Shown: positions 1 to 13,207, counted from the first letter of the stretch. The stretch is 64,000 nt of DNA from Adineta vaga (GCA_021613535.1 CP075492.1:11532001-11596000); one strand, 5' to 3'. Notes: generated by a model from the sequence alone, not told the origin. Made by a program: numbers and translations.

Positions 1-222
1 TAACTCAATCATAACCCGACATTGAAGTGATGAAGAAAAAAGACACAAAGCTTTTTGTGACATTGTATTGTGACTGGTAACAATAAACAAAATATCAAGT
101 GATTGTCGACCATTTTTAATCTCACGTTCTAGCATTGGCCATGCTGGATGAATATTACGTTTGAAATAATCAATATCAAATAGTTTTCGATTTAATAAAC
201 GAACAATTTTGCCCGATTGCAT
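1..222 (-). CDS. 5' part of a gene running off the window edge; probable HoxX/HypX-like (formyltransferase-type N-terminus) protein
   Basis: Manual translation from ATG 222 is open to base 1: MQSGKIVRLLNRKLFDIDYFKRNIHPAWPMLEREIKNGRQSLDILFIVTSHNTMSQKALCLFSSSLQCRVMIEL. The ILFIVTSHNTMSQK...V.IE segment resembles the HoxX/HypX N-terminus as I recall it (ILFLcTAHNSLSQRL...VtVE). Not in the ORF track because it has no stop in the window. Confidence 0.5.
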   Translation of the reverse strand, partial: MQSGKIVRLLNRKLFDIDYFKRNIHPAWPMLEREIKNGRQSLDILFIVTSHNTMSQKALCLFSSSLQCRVMIEL

Positions 223-1023
223 ACTAACTTATATCTGTAAGGAAAAAAAAATCTTTTCGATGTACTTACATAATTCTTAGTATAGATTTATGCGTTTTCT
301 TTGAACATTAAAGAAGAGTACATTGTGAATCTCATCTAAAATTTCGTCAACTATGATGGGAAGGTTCTAGGTACTGAAGTAAAGGTGAATGAATACGGTG
401 AATATCGATGATTATTTTTCGATGCTACTTTTGGCAATATGTTTTTGTCCGTATAAAACAAAATATTTTTGCTATATTCAAGTACTTTATTCTTAAAAAT
501 ACATAGTTATAATAAATGCAATTCATCTTGAATAGAGTATGAATAGATTCAAAGCGCCTCCAGTAAATCAAAAATAAAAAAAAAGGTGCAATATTTGAAT
601 TGTATATTAATTTAATAGAATTATATTTTACGTATTGAAAGGGATGCACAGCTTGGTATTTAATAAGTGGTAATTGTACGTGAATAAAATGATGCAGTTT
701 GTAAAATAAAATCCTTGGAAAGTACAAAACTAATAACTGAGTACCTGAAATTATAATTTTTGTTTTCGTCGGAAGTATGTTCGAAGAAAATTTGATAAAA
801 CTATTCTCATGTTCAGCAAAAGAACATGTCTGCATATAGCGTCCTCTTACTTTTAATTTATTATCATTGGTTCATATGATGTCAGTAATGAATCAATCGA
901 TTGACAACTCATGAAGTGAAGAAGAGAAAAAAACGAAAAGAAAACAACATCTAATCATTCTAAGTGTTTGTGTAAATACGTTGATCGTGTTTTCTCTCTG
1001 TTTCGTAGAAGAATCTCATCAAA

Positions 1024-3371
1024 ATGACAAATATCAATGTTATTGAAGCTGTGCGTTCTTATATCAATCGAATGATTGAAGATTGTGGTCCAAGTATAAA
1101 AGGACTTGTTATGGATAAAGAAACGGTTTAGAAAAATTCTTCTATCTTTTGTAAAATGAACTTTTTCATGATTTTTAGGCTTCAATTGTTAGTATGGTCT
1201 ATGCTCAATCGGAAATTCTTCAAAAAGAAGTCTTTCTTTTCGAACGTATTGATATTGCCGGACAAAAATCATTGAAACATCTCAGTGCTATTTGTTTCCT
1301 ACGACCAACGGAAGAAAATATTCAATCATTAGTACGTGAATTACGTGAACCAAAGTATGGAAGTTATTTTATTTGTAAGTTTATCGATTAGTTTAATATA
1401 ACTTCTGAAAAAGCTTTGTTTCAATTTAGATTTTACAAATTTTGTTGAAATGAGTGATATCAAAATTTTAGCTGAAGCTGATGAATTTGAATGTGTTCGA
1501 GTTGTCCAAGAATTCTATGCTGATTATTTAGCAATTAATCCACATTTATATTCACTTAATATTCCACTTACTTATCAAGTAAGAAGAGATTTTCAAAGGA
1601 AATTATTTTTTTGAAATATATAAATATATTAGAAAAATTACGAATGGAATGAGAATACTCTTCGTCGAACAGTTCAAGGTCTCATGTCATTATTACTTTC
1701 ATTACGAAAGAAAAGTGCAACAATTCGTTATCAAAAATCATCAAACATGGCAAGAATATTAGCTGATAAACTGTTTGTAAGATTATTCGATTCGGAAACT
1801 TCATTTTTCAAACTTTTCTTTTCAGAGTACTTTGAAACGTCAGGTAGATTTTTCTACACCAAATCCAAATGATATTAATCAAACAATAGTATTGATTGTT
1901 GATCGACGTGAAGATGCAATAACTCCATTATTGAATCAGGTTTGTTATGAATAGAATAGATAGAACGAAAGAATGAGTTTTTCTTTTCTAGTGGACATAT
2001 CAAGCAATGGTTCATGAATTGATTGGAATTAAAAATAATCGAGTTAATCTCAATCAAGTACCTGGTATTACCAAAGAATTAGAAGAAGTTGTGATGAATG
2101 CAGAATATGATGAATTCTATGCTAATGTAAAAGAAGAAGAAGACGAAGATTAGAGTTCTTTTATTTTTATTCTGATCTATTTAGAATCTGTATAGTAATT
2201 TTGGTGAAATCGCAACAAATATTAAAGGATTAATGGAACATTTTCAAGAGAAACATAAAAGTCAATCAAAAATTGAATCTATTGGTGATATGAAGGTTTG
2301 TATTCAAATTAGGTTTTGGTAATCGAACATTTATATTTCTATTAGGTATTCATTGAAAATTATCCACAATTCAAAAAACTTTCCGGTACTGTTTCCAAAC
2401 ATGTGACTATTGTCAGTGAATTATCTCGTCTTGTTGGTCAATATCATTTACTTGAAGTTAGTGAAACTGAACAACATTTAGTTTGTCAAGGTGATCATAA
2501 TGAAGTTGTACAAGTATGAAACAAAGATGAATATTTTCTATTTTCTTTCTCTATTTTATTCATCTTTAGAAAATCAAACGTTTAATTAAAGATGATAAAA
2601 TTCGTGAAATCGATATTCTTCGTCTTTTATCTCTCTATGCATTACGTTATGAACGACATGCAAGTAATGAATTAAATACATTGAAATATGAAGCACAAAA
2701 ACATCGTCGATTATCAGACAAATATATACAAGTATATCAAAAATGAACATCAAATTTTTATCTTTTCTTCTCTCTTTTAGTTTCTTCAAGCTCTACTTGA
2801 ATATGGTGGTTCAAAATTTCGACAAGCTGATCTATTTAATACTCAAACACCAATGGCTATAACACGACAATTCATTCGAGGATTACGTGTAAGTAAAAAA
2901 CGAAGTGAATTTATCTATTTATAGATTGTTTATTAATATACATAGGGAGTAGATAATGTCTATGCTCAGCATGTACCATTAATAAAAGATTTAATTGATC
3001 AATTACTACGCGGCAAATTAAAGGATACATCGTATCCAAATGTGAATTCAAAAGAGCAAGTAGTATCACAACAAAATTTATTACAACAAGGTCAAATTGT
3101 CAAGTAAGATGATTTCATTCCTCCCGAAAAAAAAAATCACTCATCTATTGTTGTTTTGATTAGACCAAGTGAAATTATTATTTATGTCATTGGTGGTGTA
3201 ACTTATGAAGAATCTTATCATATTCAAATGATGAATAAACAAAGTGCACGTATTTTATTAGGTGGTTCATATTTACATAATTTTTCATCGTTTATCGACG
3301 AAGTACTTGATGGTGCACCTTCAACATTATCTGCTGCATCACATGAACTTCTTTCAACAAGACGTCGTTAA
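1024..3371 (+). CDS. VPS45: Vacuolar protein sorting 45 (Sec1/Munc18 family), multi-exon
   Basis: [34 protein letters not shown]; [19 protein letters not shown]; [17 protein letters not shown]; [22 protein letters not shown]; [12 protein letters not shown]. Exons joined by short GT-AG introns. Confidence 0.95.
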
Positions 3372-4279
3372 TTCATATACATATATATATTTTAAGTCAT
3401 TCAACTTGCTTTTCTTTTTAATGTTGTAACAAATAAAATACAGAATAATCATCTTTATGTAAAACATGTTCGAACAGAATCGATTTGCTACTTTGCCTAA
3501 TGGAAATCTTTGTTCTATTATGAAGATTCATACATCATTTCTATCGACATTTGTTTTCTGTTTTCACATTAGGCTATATTCATCTCTGTTCTATCTGGTT
3601 TCCAATATACAACAGTTGTTTACAGGCTTATTCAATTGGAAATACCAATCAATAGACCTGAATTTCTTTTCTTTTTCTATTTCAATTCAATATAATTGAT
3701 ATGAAAAAGAATTTCTTTGATAGATCTCGTTACGTATATCGACTTAGTAGGTCTTCGATGGAGTCTATTCAGAAAATTATAGTAAATAATGAGAATGCTT
3801 ATCGAGATAACATACCAAAGTCATAAATCATCGCATTCATTCTTCCATAAAAAATAATTTCGAGAAGCAATAGAATTTTATTGCTTCCTTCATTTGTCTT
3901 CGCTATGTCCATATCGATCTATACATGTTAGAACATACATTTGACATCTAAAAGAGTACACAATTACTTCCCGTATAGAAAAATTTCAATAAGTCATTAT
4001 TATTTCTCGTAAAAATTTTACTTTTTCGAAGCATGTAACAAAAAAAATTGACGTTGTACACTATCAAGCGTATGTAATTAGATGTAGTTTTTGCGTTCTA
4101 TAGTGATTGTAGACAATACATGAAAATCTTTTACATACATATATATATATATATTATCGAAACATTTGTGACATCCTAATGAAGATAATCGTTTTCTTCT
4201 CCTTCTTCTCTTTCGAGGAACTAGATAACTAATACTTGATGATGTTTTATTTGCTATATTATACTTGTGGTTGTTATTA

Positions 4280-7200
4280 ATGCATTTATCAACGATTTCA
4301 AAGAGAACAAATCACCTATTAATTCAAGTATTTAATCTTTTGTTATTTTTAAAACGTTTTGTAGAAAACTTTCATCTTTCTCTCTTATTTATTTAGATTA
4401 TATCAAATGAAGCATTTTCACATTTAATCAATCACAAATCACTTGTTTCACTACCATCAAAATATCTCCTACCAACATTTCAAATATGTCTGTATTTTCC
4501 ATTCATATATCATCATCCTTGGCTAATACTTAGAGGTAAATTATTAACTCTTGTATCTAAATATCAAGTAAGTATATATATATATATATATTATTCTAGA
4601 AGAAGAAAAAAATCTTCTTTTGATATCTCAAATGTCGTGCTTGTTTTTGAGTTCCATGATAAAGAAATAGATAGATAAATGATAATTGTGACATTCTGTA
4701 CTATGTTTTTCTTTTCCGTTTCGGAGAATTCATTAACTACGCCCATTTAACGTTATTTCGATCGACGTCATCATTATTTATCTTGACGTGAAACAAAACT
4801 TCGCTCTTCGTACATCTTCATTATGTAGCGAGAAAAAAGAACTACGCTTGTTTATATGAATAGTTGAATGAGTCGATGTAAATTTTGTTTTCTAGGTAGG
4901 AAACTATTTCGATGATTTATGATATGTTTTAATTGTTCATTTGTAGAAACAACTCTATTGATTAATTGATTAGTCAAAAAACCTCGATAATCTACTATCA
5001 TTCGGCGATTTTTTTTCTTTTTCTATCATTTGTTTCTATCTGAAGAAAGAAGGAGAGGAAAAAATCACTTGCTCGAGTTTTCTTATGAAATAGACAAGCA
5101 CAGATGTGGTGGTAGATGAGAAGAGAGAATTAGAGAAGAAAAAAAAAGGAGAAAACTGTCAGGATATATAACGACATTTAATACTAATCTGTGCAAGTGT
5201 TTGGTTAATAAATCTATACTCGCGATTTATTGCTACGAATGTCTTTTGATTAAATATTGAAATGACGTCTCATACGAAACAAAAGTGGAATCATGTGACA
5301 ATACTGTTTCTAATCGTTTCTATTGGTGAAATTATCGTTAAATATGGTAAGAAATTTTCTTTCTTTTTTTTCAATAATCATTAATGTTTTCCTAACGAAT
5401 TGATTCTTCATGTTCAGTTTGAATATAGAGCGACAAAACTAGTTCGAATAGTTTAAAATCTAGATTTGTAAGTCGACTTTTGAGATCATTTGTGCAGTTT
5501 GTATTTATGAGATAAGAAGATTTTCTCAATTCCCGCCTCCATATGGGACCTTATCTCAAGGTCAGATTGTTTATATCTTTTAGATAGAGATTAACTTCAT
5601 CGTAAATGTACTAAATTACATACATCTTACAGAAATATATTCTTATGCAATTTGATGGCTACTTGGAGACCTAGAGTTTACATTAGTTCCTAGATATATA
5701 ACAATCGTTTACCTCGAAATCTTCGGAAAAAAATCAACAATCATCAATCGAGACATTTCCTACGTTATTCTTCTCTTACATTCAACTGTCAGAAGAATGT
5801 TGTAATTTTTGTATATATAAATAAGTGATTAATCTGCGTATAGTGTCGATCTTTTACCTCCTTTTCTGCGGCATTTATTCCTTAGAACAATTTAGTCTAG
5901 ACGAACTACTGTGAGATTTATTCTCACACTTTACATCAGATATGAATGATCGGTTCATGTACATTGAATATCTTATCCTTCATTACACGATTTAAGACTT
6001 TGACCTTGTTCACTGACCACCAATCGTTCATATAATTATCAATTGATTTTTTTTTCTCCTCCGTTCTCCCTTCTTTTCCTCGCATCTTTACAGACGAATA
6101 TACGTTTTGACGTATCTATTTGTGTATAGTGAAAAGAAATGAGTGTGTGTATACGCCATTACCGCGTTCCTTCAATACAAACATATACATGCGCATACAC
6201 ATACATACATACATACATATGCACATCCTCGCCGATACATTTATTCGATGACATAACTGGTGTCTATAGTTGCAGAAAGCAAAATTGACGGACGGTTATT
6301 CTTCACCGCGTGTATGCTGAGCTTCTGTGTTTTTACCTTTTTCTGCTTATTAGCCGTTTTTCTCGGCAATATTTTCATGAGAAATTTATTTTCTTATATT
6401 GTTTTTCTTATGGATAATTTCAATAATTCATTAAATGGTAAGTTGCTCGATTCATAGAAAATTCTAATTAACATAATTTCTTCCAACATACACTGTCATA
6501 CTCTGTTTTATATATGATTTGAAAATTATTTTCAATCGCTAATTTGTATATATATAGGCCTTGATTTATTTTCTTCCCTCGATTTTTTTTAGTGTAACTA
6601 ATTCTTGCATAAGCATACAGATTGTTATAATATTGATTACGCACGTCAGCTTCACAGTATGGACGATATCCTATTTATTGTTAGTCAACTAAAGGTCGTG
6701 AATATCTATTTATGTATCATTTGGGTAATGCTGACCATTTTCATAACCATGGAAAAAACATCTTGAAAAAGATGTTGATATGGTCAAGCTTACCAAAATA
6801 ACCTAAATACATGGATAAGAAGAGAGATGGAAAGAAAGGCCATATCCTAGAGTATTTATATGTATTCTTATCCAAATATAAGAGTGAGTGTGTGAGCTGC
6901 TTTATATTTCTCGAAAAAAGAAAGAAATGTATGGAGTAACTATAGATGACGATTGCAGTCAATATCAAATGCTATTGTTAAATTGTCGTTAGTTATTCAA
7001 TCTATTTGGAATTTCTTCGACGTATGGGGTCAGGAGGTAATATAAGTAAGACGAAAGATGCAGCTTGTCACGTCTATAGATGATGAATATGATATCGTTA
7101 GAATCAATTATGACATATTTGTTTTCTTTTATGAAACTAATCAGATGATTTCATATGTTCTAGTCCGTCGTAATGAAACGATTTGCTGTTTGATCGGTTT

Positions 7201-8203
7201 TGGTATTGGTGTTGGTTGTTGTATTCTTTATCGATTCATATCAAGTTTTCTGACGTCTTCAACAAATATCATATCACCATATGATGTAAATGATACGGAA
7301 AAATATTAAATGATAAAGTTCATTTATCTTTATTTTTCTTTTCAGGTCAAAACAACAAAACCAACGATTCCTGAACGAAAACGAGAACGTTCGATTAGCA
7401 TTAAATATGAAACAGAGAATCGTGAACGAAGTAATACAAATTCAGATGAAATGACTTGGTCAGAAATGTCTTCATCGTTAAGTACCGTTAATCTACTTCA
7501 TGATTCGTATCATTCCAATTCATTAACGGGTGATTCTGGTGTGGATTGTCCAGAAATCCCAATGCGAAGTCATCAACATCATGATGATGATACAAGAAAA
7601 TATGATTCCGATTCTGGAATTCATCATGATACACGTAAGAAGAAATGTTCATCTTCATATTTCAACATTCTATCTGTTTTAGAGAAAGTTACTGAAACTC
7701 AAATGATGTCTTTTATATCAACAGAAAAAGGTTTAGAACGTGCATTGGAACAAACAAGTCGGTTTTATACGGATCTTGAACATATTGCTCTTGATCTTGG
7801 CACATTATCAAAACGATATTCACAATCCGAATCATCATTAGTTCATCCATCGATTGATGCACTTGATTGGGATTGGCTCGATGATATGCAATCACCGACA
7901 ATACAATCACCAAAAACAAATCCTCGTAAACATAATTTTCTTCGTTCAACGAATAAGAATAAAGTTCGACGAAGAATTCATGTTAATATGAATCAAACAG
8001 AATATAATGAATCTGATCAAGAGAATCGATCATTTGATTATTCAACTTCACCTTTACGACGAAGTATGAGAAAAAACGGATCTTTTGAGAGTACAAATGT
8101 GTTCATTTGTTTTTTAGGACATAGTTCAGTTTATTTTGGTTCAACTGACAATTCAAGTGATGAAGATAATGTCGGAAATGAAACACTACAAATCAAATCA
8201 TAG
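4280..8203 (+). CDS. Uncharacterised protein with one hydrophobic segment and a Ser/Asp-rich tail; 5' exons tentative
   Basis: Exons 4280-4327 and 4397-4567 (phase 0) can splice to 7145-7285 (MISYVLVRRNETICCLIGFGIGVGCCILYRF, TM-like) and then to 7346-8203. The 3' part is supported by the 297-aa ORF; the link across the 2.6-kb intron is inferred. Confidence 0.55.
6181..6220. repeat. (CATA)n-type microsatellite
   Basis: acatatacatgcgcatacacatacatacatacatacatat. Confidence 0.7.
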
Positions 8204-8756
8204 ATAAGTTTATCTTATCTTTCATTTCCGGTGTATTGATCATCGATCGAAGAGCTCGACAAATATAAAACTGCTCTTTTGATACAGTGAGATCTCTCTC
8301 TCTCATTTTCTCTCTCTCTTTCTGTATCTCTCGATGTGTCAGATTTTGATATGTCTTTAACTGATGACGCGTTTTTGTACATGTAAAATTTCTTTACTCT
8401 ATGTTTTTTGCTCTTTTTTTTGGTTCAAATTGCATTTGATTATTCTGAAACAACAACAAAAATAGAATTGCTTGATAGATATTTTCCTTTATTGATCAAT
8501 TGATGATCTTGACAATATATATTCTTATCTTTAATATTGTTTTTATATTAGCCATTACTATTCTCGGCTTGTACTGAATATTTTGAAATAAAAACAAACA
8601 ATTCATGATTTTTCTATCTGAAGTGAATTATCATTCTTTCGATCATTCTTAGAAAACAGAAAAGTATATCAAATTAATTAAATAATTTATTTGAATATAA
8701 TAAAAAGAAATAATAGATTAAGTAGACACAAGAAAAGAATTGAATGTTAATTGAAA

Positions 8757-9113
8757 TCATTCTTGTTTGAGACGAGAATCTTTAAGTTCATTAGATAAAG
8801 TTGATTCACGATCTTCAACTTCTGGTTTTGTAGCTGTTTCAGAATCTTTCTCAAAGAGAAGTTTGGTGTTATCTTTTATATCGATAGATTTTGATTCTTC
8901 ATTTACATCTTTGAATAAGAGTCTGTTCGTCATTGTTGCTTCAGTTGTAAATGATTGTTCAGATCGAAATGAATCTTTTTCCATTTCATCTAATGGTTTT
9001 TCTTCTGTTTTATCGAATTTCGATTCATCATTTGTAAGTGGAGCAGATGAAATAGTGATCACCATGGCCATAAATAAAGCAGCAAAGATGAAGATACAAC
9101 GACTGGAAACCAT
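8757..9113 (-). CDS. Small secreted acidic/charged protein (118 aa), intronless
   Basis: N-terminal signal peptide MVSSRCIFIFAALFMAMVITISSA|PL followed by a Glu/Asp/Lys/Thr-rich body. A TATAAAA box lies ~80 bp upstream on the minus strand (9191-9198). Confidence 0.7.
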   Translation of the reverse strand: MVSSRCIFIFAALFMAMVITISSAPLTNDESKFDKTEEKPLDEMEKDSFRSEQSFTTEATMTNRLLFKDVNEESKSIDIKDNTKLLFEKDSETATKPEVEDRESTLSNELKDSRLKQE

Positions 9114-9784
9114 GATAATGTATTCAAAAAATATTGAGTGTACAAAATTGTTGAAGAAGATCGATAGAAGTTAATACAGTATGATCGATGCTTTTATAGT
9201 TCAGTGAAGGTCACCGATACTATCTCTTTTTCGTTCTTTAGTTATTTTCTATTGTTTTACATCGACGAGCATTCTATTAACCTGGATAGATATAATCTTA
9301 TCAGACGATTTCGACAATAGTCCACTTCTTTGTTACTATTAACTATTGTTATCGTTCTTTGTAATATAAGATACGTGTTAGTCGATATTGTAGAAGTACA
9401 GCATAACATTGCCACATATTGGTAAAATCAGCCAGCGGTCGCCTTCGATGGGAAAGGGTTTTTAATTGAAAGAATTGTCTTTAAAATCAAAGTGTGCTAT
9501 GGTTAGAGTTTGAAACATGTTGAAACCTTTAGGACGTTCTATTTGTTCAGAAATGAACCGATATTATGAAAGCTTATTGAAAGCCGAACAAACTGTACTT
9601 GTAACATCTATTAGTATAACACTTCGTTTTGTAGAGAAACGTTAAACTCTGTGCTCACACAAACAACAAATCCATTTGAGAAATTTCGTAACGCTGGTTT
9701 TGTCGATATCAGAAAATCTTTTATGTCAATATCTAAAAACAACAAATCATAGTTTGTAATTACTTTTTATTCTAACGACACAAA

Positions 9785-11196
9785 ATGTTACCGAAAAGAC
9801 ATCAAGAAATCATGAAGCAACGCATGGCAAGGAATCGATTAAGTTTCGTTTATGAAACTTTGTCATAAACTATCTTTTTTCGACTTAGATTAAATTACAA
9901 AAACTAAAAGAACAAAGACTACATCGCGAACGTGTCAAATAGCAGCTGGAAGATGACAATTGAGCTGTTGAAATGATTGAACCATCAATTTATTTGAATT
10001 GACTTAATGTTCGTGATCTTGAAGATTTTAGTAAAAGATAATCATGTTTATTCAAAATTAGAATAACAACAAAAATCTTGTGCTACATCAAGTTGTGATA
10101 ATGTACACTATTGGAATGTTATTAAAATAATAACAGAAGATGAATTAGTTAAGAAAATTATCATTGGAAATGGATCTTAGTGAAAGAGTTAATCAACGAC
10201 AAGAAAGAGTCCATCCAAGAATAAAGCACTAACACAACTGCAACATTTGGAACAACGAATCAAGTATGATATTTTGATTGCGTTAAGGAAGTACATCTGA
10301 TTGATGTATTCAATAATAGTTAAGTTTTTAGTGAGAAATTTCGAAGAATTATCTGTCACACTATTTATTTACAGTAATCTTTTGAAAGCATAGTTTTTCT
10401 TTTAGAAATGTCAGGTCCAACTTATAATTTTAATTCCATTTTTAGAGAAGAAGGGAAAGATTTGTGCTGAAAACTTGTTCTTAAAATCAGAAATATAACT
10501 ATTAACACTGAGATTTATTTGATATTTTTATTTAGATCAAAAATTGACAATCAAACAGGTATTGATATTAGCTATTGGGAGTCACTATTGATTCAATTAT
10601 AAACACACGTGGCTCGTACATGTTAATTTGATAGACACCAATTAAGATTGAAAAAACAATTTCAAAATTAAACACAATATGTACAAATAGCTTTAATAAA
10701 CAAATCCACACAACCGATAGTTGTAGGCTTATGATAGAAATCAGTACGATAGAAAGCATTATGATGCAGATAATCCATCATCGAAAGTTGTCCAAGGCTA
10801 TAAATTTAATGTAAGATTATTTAAAATAAAAAGAAATTTTGAAAATGTTCTATTTAGATTTTTTATCCTGTTTTGATTGATAAAACTAAAACACTAACAT
10901 ATACTCCAGTAAGTTTTTTTTATTGCTTTTCTTTTCTGAATTGATTTGCTTTTTCGACTGTTTGTTAGGACAATAGAAATTTTTTGCAATTCTCAAAGCT
11001 CATGGTAGACCACCGTATAAAGTAAGAAAAACAAGATTTCCCATAGAAAGACTTCAATGTTTTTTTTCAGGATATCGCATTCAAAATGGTGAATAAAAGT
11101 TGAGATTTGTCAGTTCGACATGGATTTCGATCTCAATTTAATAATGGAATATTTCAACTATGGTTCCATTTTTCCAAATGAAAATATCGACGTTAG
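9785..11196 (+). pseudogene. CACTIN: Cactin pseudogene (introns retained; stops, frameshifts and internal deletions)
   Basis: Ordered cactin motifs: IKLQKLKEQRLHRERVK*; EPSIYLN*LNVRDLEDF; GIDISYWESLLIQL*THVAR; HYDADNPSSKVVQGYKFN|IFYPVLIDK; FAILKAHGRPPY|DIAFKMVNKS*DLSVRHGFRSQFNNGIFQLWFHFSK*KYRR*. Confidence 0.88.
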
Positions 11197-13060
11197 ACGT
11201 TTATTTTTTGTGTATTTAATAAACAACTCAAATAATAAAATCACTTTTTCATCGCCAAGAACAGAAGTTCGTTCTTATCAAACTGTATCTGCTGTGTTTT
11301 TATTGAGAAGTGTATTTATTGAACTTGAAAAGAAACTAACTATTTTATTTACTATACAATAGGATAGAACTATTATTCAATGAGAAATTCAACGCTAAAA
11401 GGTAAAGGAGAACAGGAAAAGAAGAGAATTTCATTTACACCATGGACAAACGAATATATGACTGTTCTCTATCGATATAGGTCGAAGTATGTCTTCTATA
11501 ATTACTTAATAGAAAGTAAATGATTTATAAGAAATATCTTCCTTTTCTCTCTCTCAACGATCTTAATATTTGAAAATATCTTTTTTCAATTTGTGTAGTC
11601 ACTTTTTTACTTTTATTTTGCTAAATATGAGTTCAAAAGAAAAATGTCAATTGAATGCTCATCATACCGATGAGTATTTTGAAAAAGAACAGTTTCAGAT
11701 GTGGTAACAAATTATTAAGAAGATTAAATACCTTCATAAATAACTGTGTTCCATTTTTTTAAAACATGAGGGTGATATACTCGGTGCATTTAGCTTGCGT
11801 AATGTCAAAAAGTTAATGTGAACTATCGGTACAAAGAAAAGAGAATAGCGAACCTAGGTCAACCAATTCGACGTTGGATCCGATGAATTAAATAAATTCT
11901 GCAAATACCTAATTTCTTTGCATTTTTCTCGAATTTAAAAATCCTCTACTTATATTTCGTATATGCTCAGTTAGAGTATGATTCGTTTGGACTAGTTAGG
12001 AATGGAAAGCTCATCATGTACATTATATAGTGATTTAAGGAAGGGATAGATGAAATGGAGCAGTGGAGGAATTTGAATTATTTTTGTAGGTGTCAGGATC
12101 GTATGAGATGAAATATAGGAAAGAATGTTAATGTGAAAGTTGTTTTGTGTAGAATTAATCGAGTGTGTCGGTGAAAACTAAACATTTTTCGGGGATATAG
12201 GTGGAAATGTCAGTTGATGTTGGCGTTTGTGTTGTGTATGTCTTTCTGAGTTGTTGGGGATGTCTGGCAGTGTTAATTAGTTTCATAAGCAGTATTTGTA
12301 CATCAGTAGGTAGTGTTGCTTTGGGGAAAGCACGAAGCTGGCAGTTATATTAGCTAAGTAAATGTTTTTGGTGGAAATTTGTAGTAACAGAATACGACAA
12401 AGGAGGATATCTGTTGTTGTGCTATGTGTAGGTTTTTCAAGAACGTTCGCTGTGGTTGTCAAGATGGTGGATGCCGTAGATTTTTGCTTATGATACTTTC
12501 TGATGGAGTTATGAGATATGAAATAGGAAAAATACAGTCGGCTTAAAATGTCAACGGTTCAAAAATATGAATACTACTGGGAGTTAGGTAATATATATTC
12601 ATAAATAGCGTCAAATAGTTTGAATATACTGTTTCACGTTACTAAGATCCGTTGATCCGATAAAATCCTATGATTTTAAGATCATTCAAATTGATTTCCA
12701 CAAAAAAATACCATAGACTAATGAATACCTAAAATATTGATATTATTTGGAAATATGTGTTAAGGAAATTATCAAAAGAATTGATAATTTATTAATTAAA
12801 TCGAACGATGTTGATCGACATATCCAAACTCAACGAAATCTTCATCATTCACCATTATTTTTGGTTCAAATGTTCAGTATCGACTGGTCACCGTCAACAA
12901 CAGATATGTTTTCCATCTATGATTGATCACCATTTTCAAATGATTTGAATGCTACACAGCGATAATCAGAAGTCTCAGAAATTGCATTGTTTCTGAGAAG
13001 AATACTTCGACAATGAATACGAAAATGGAAGTAGGAAATCATCATATTTTTCCGATAACA

Positions 13061-13207
13061 TTCGGACTTTTCTGATCGGAACGGATCGCAGTTGTTGGGA
13101 AGACATCCTCGGAAAAACAAAACTTTTTCGATTCGGAATTATGCTCTCATGAAATTACAGGAATACCATGGAACCAACCGTTTCTGCATCAGACTCTTCG
13201 ACATGAG
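13061..13207. repeat. Degenerate GC-richer interspersed repeat / MITE remnant
   Basis: GC-richer block rich in TCGGA/CGGA motifs, ending ggaataccatggaaccaaccgtttctgcatcagactcttcgacatgag. It resembles a repeat I associate with bdelloid genomes; no second copy in the window. Confidence 0.3.

Noticed and set aside
425-835. 136-aa minus-strand ORF
   Set aside because: Ile/Phe/Tyr-rich composition typical of chance ORFs in AT-rich DNA; lies in the intergenic/UTR region; no motifs.
8767-9174. 135-aa plus-strand ORF
   Set aside because: Antisense shadow of the signal-peptide gene at 8757-9113.
9517-9750. Coding-like fragments upstream of the cactin pseudogene (MLKPLGRSICSEMNRYYESLLKAEQT)
   Set aside because: Could not be assigned to cactin or any other family; too short to call.
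11090-11196. In-frame TGA codons as selenocysteine or an alternative genetic code
   Set aside because: They co-occur with TAA/TAG stops and frameshifts, and neighbouring genes use TGA as a normal stop, so pseudogenisation explains them.
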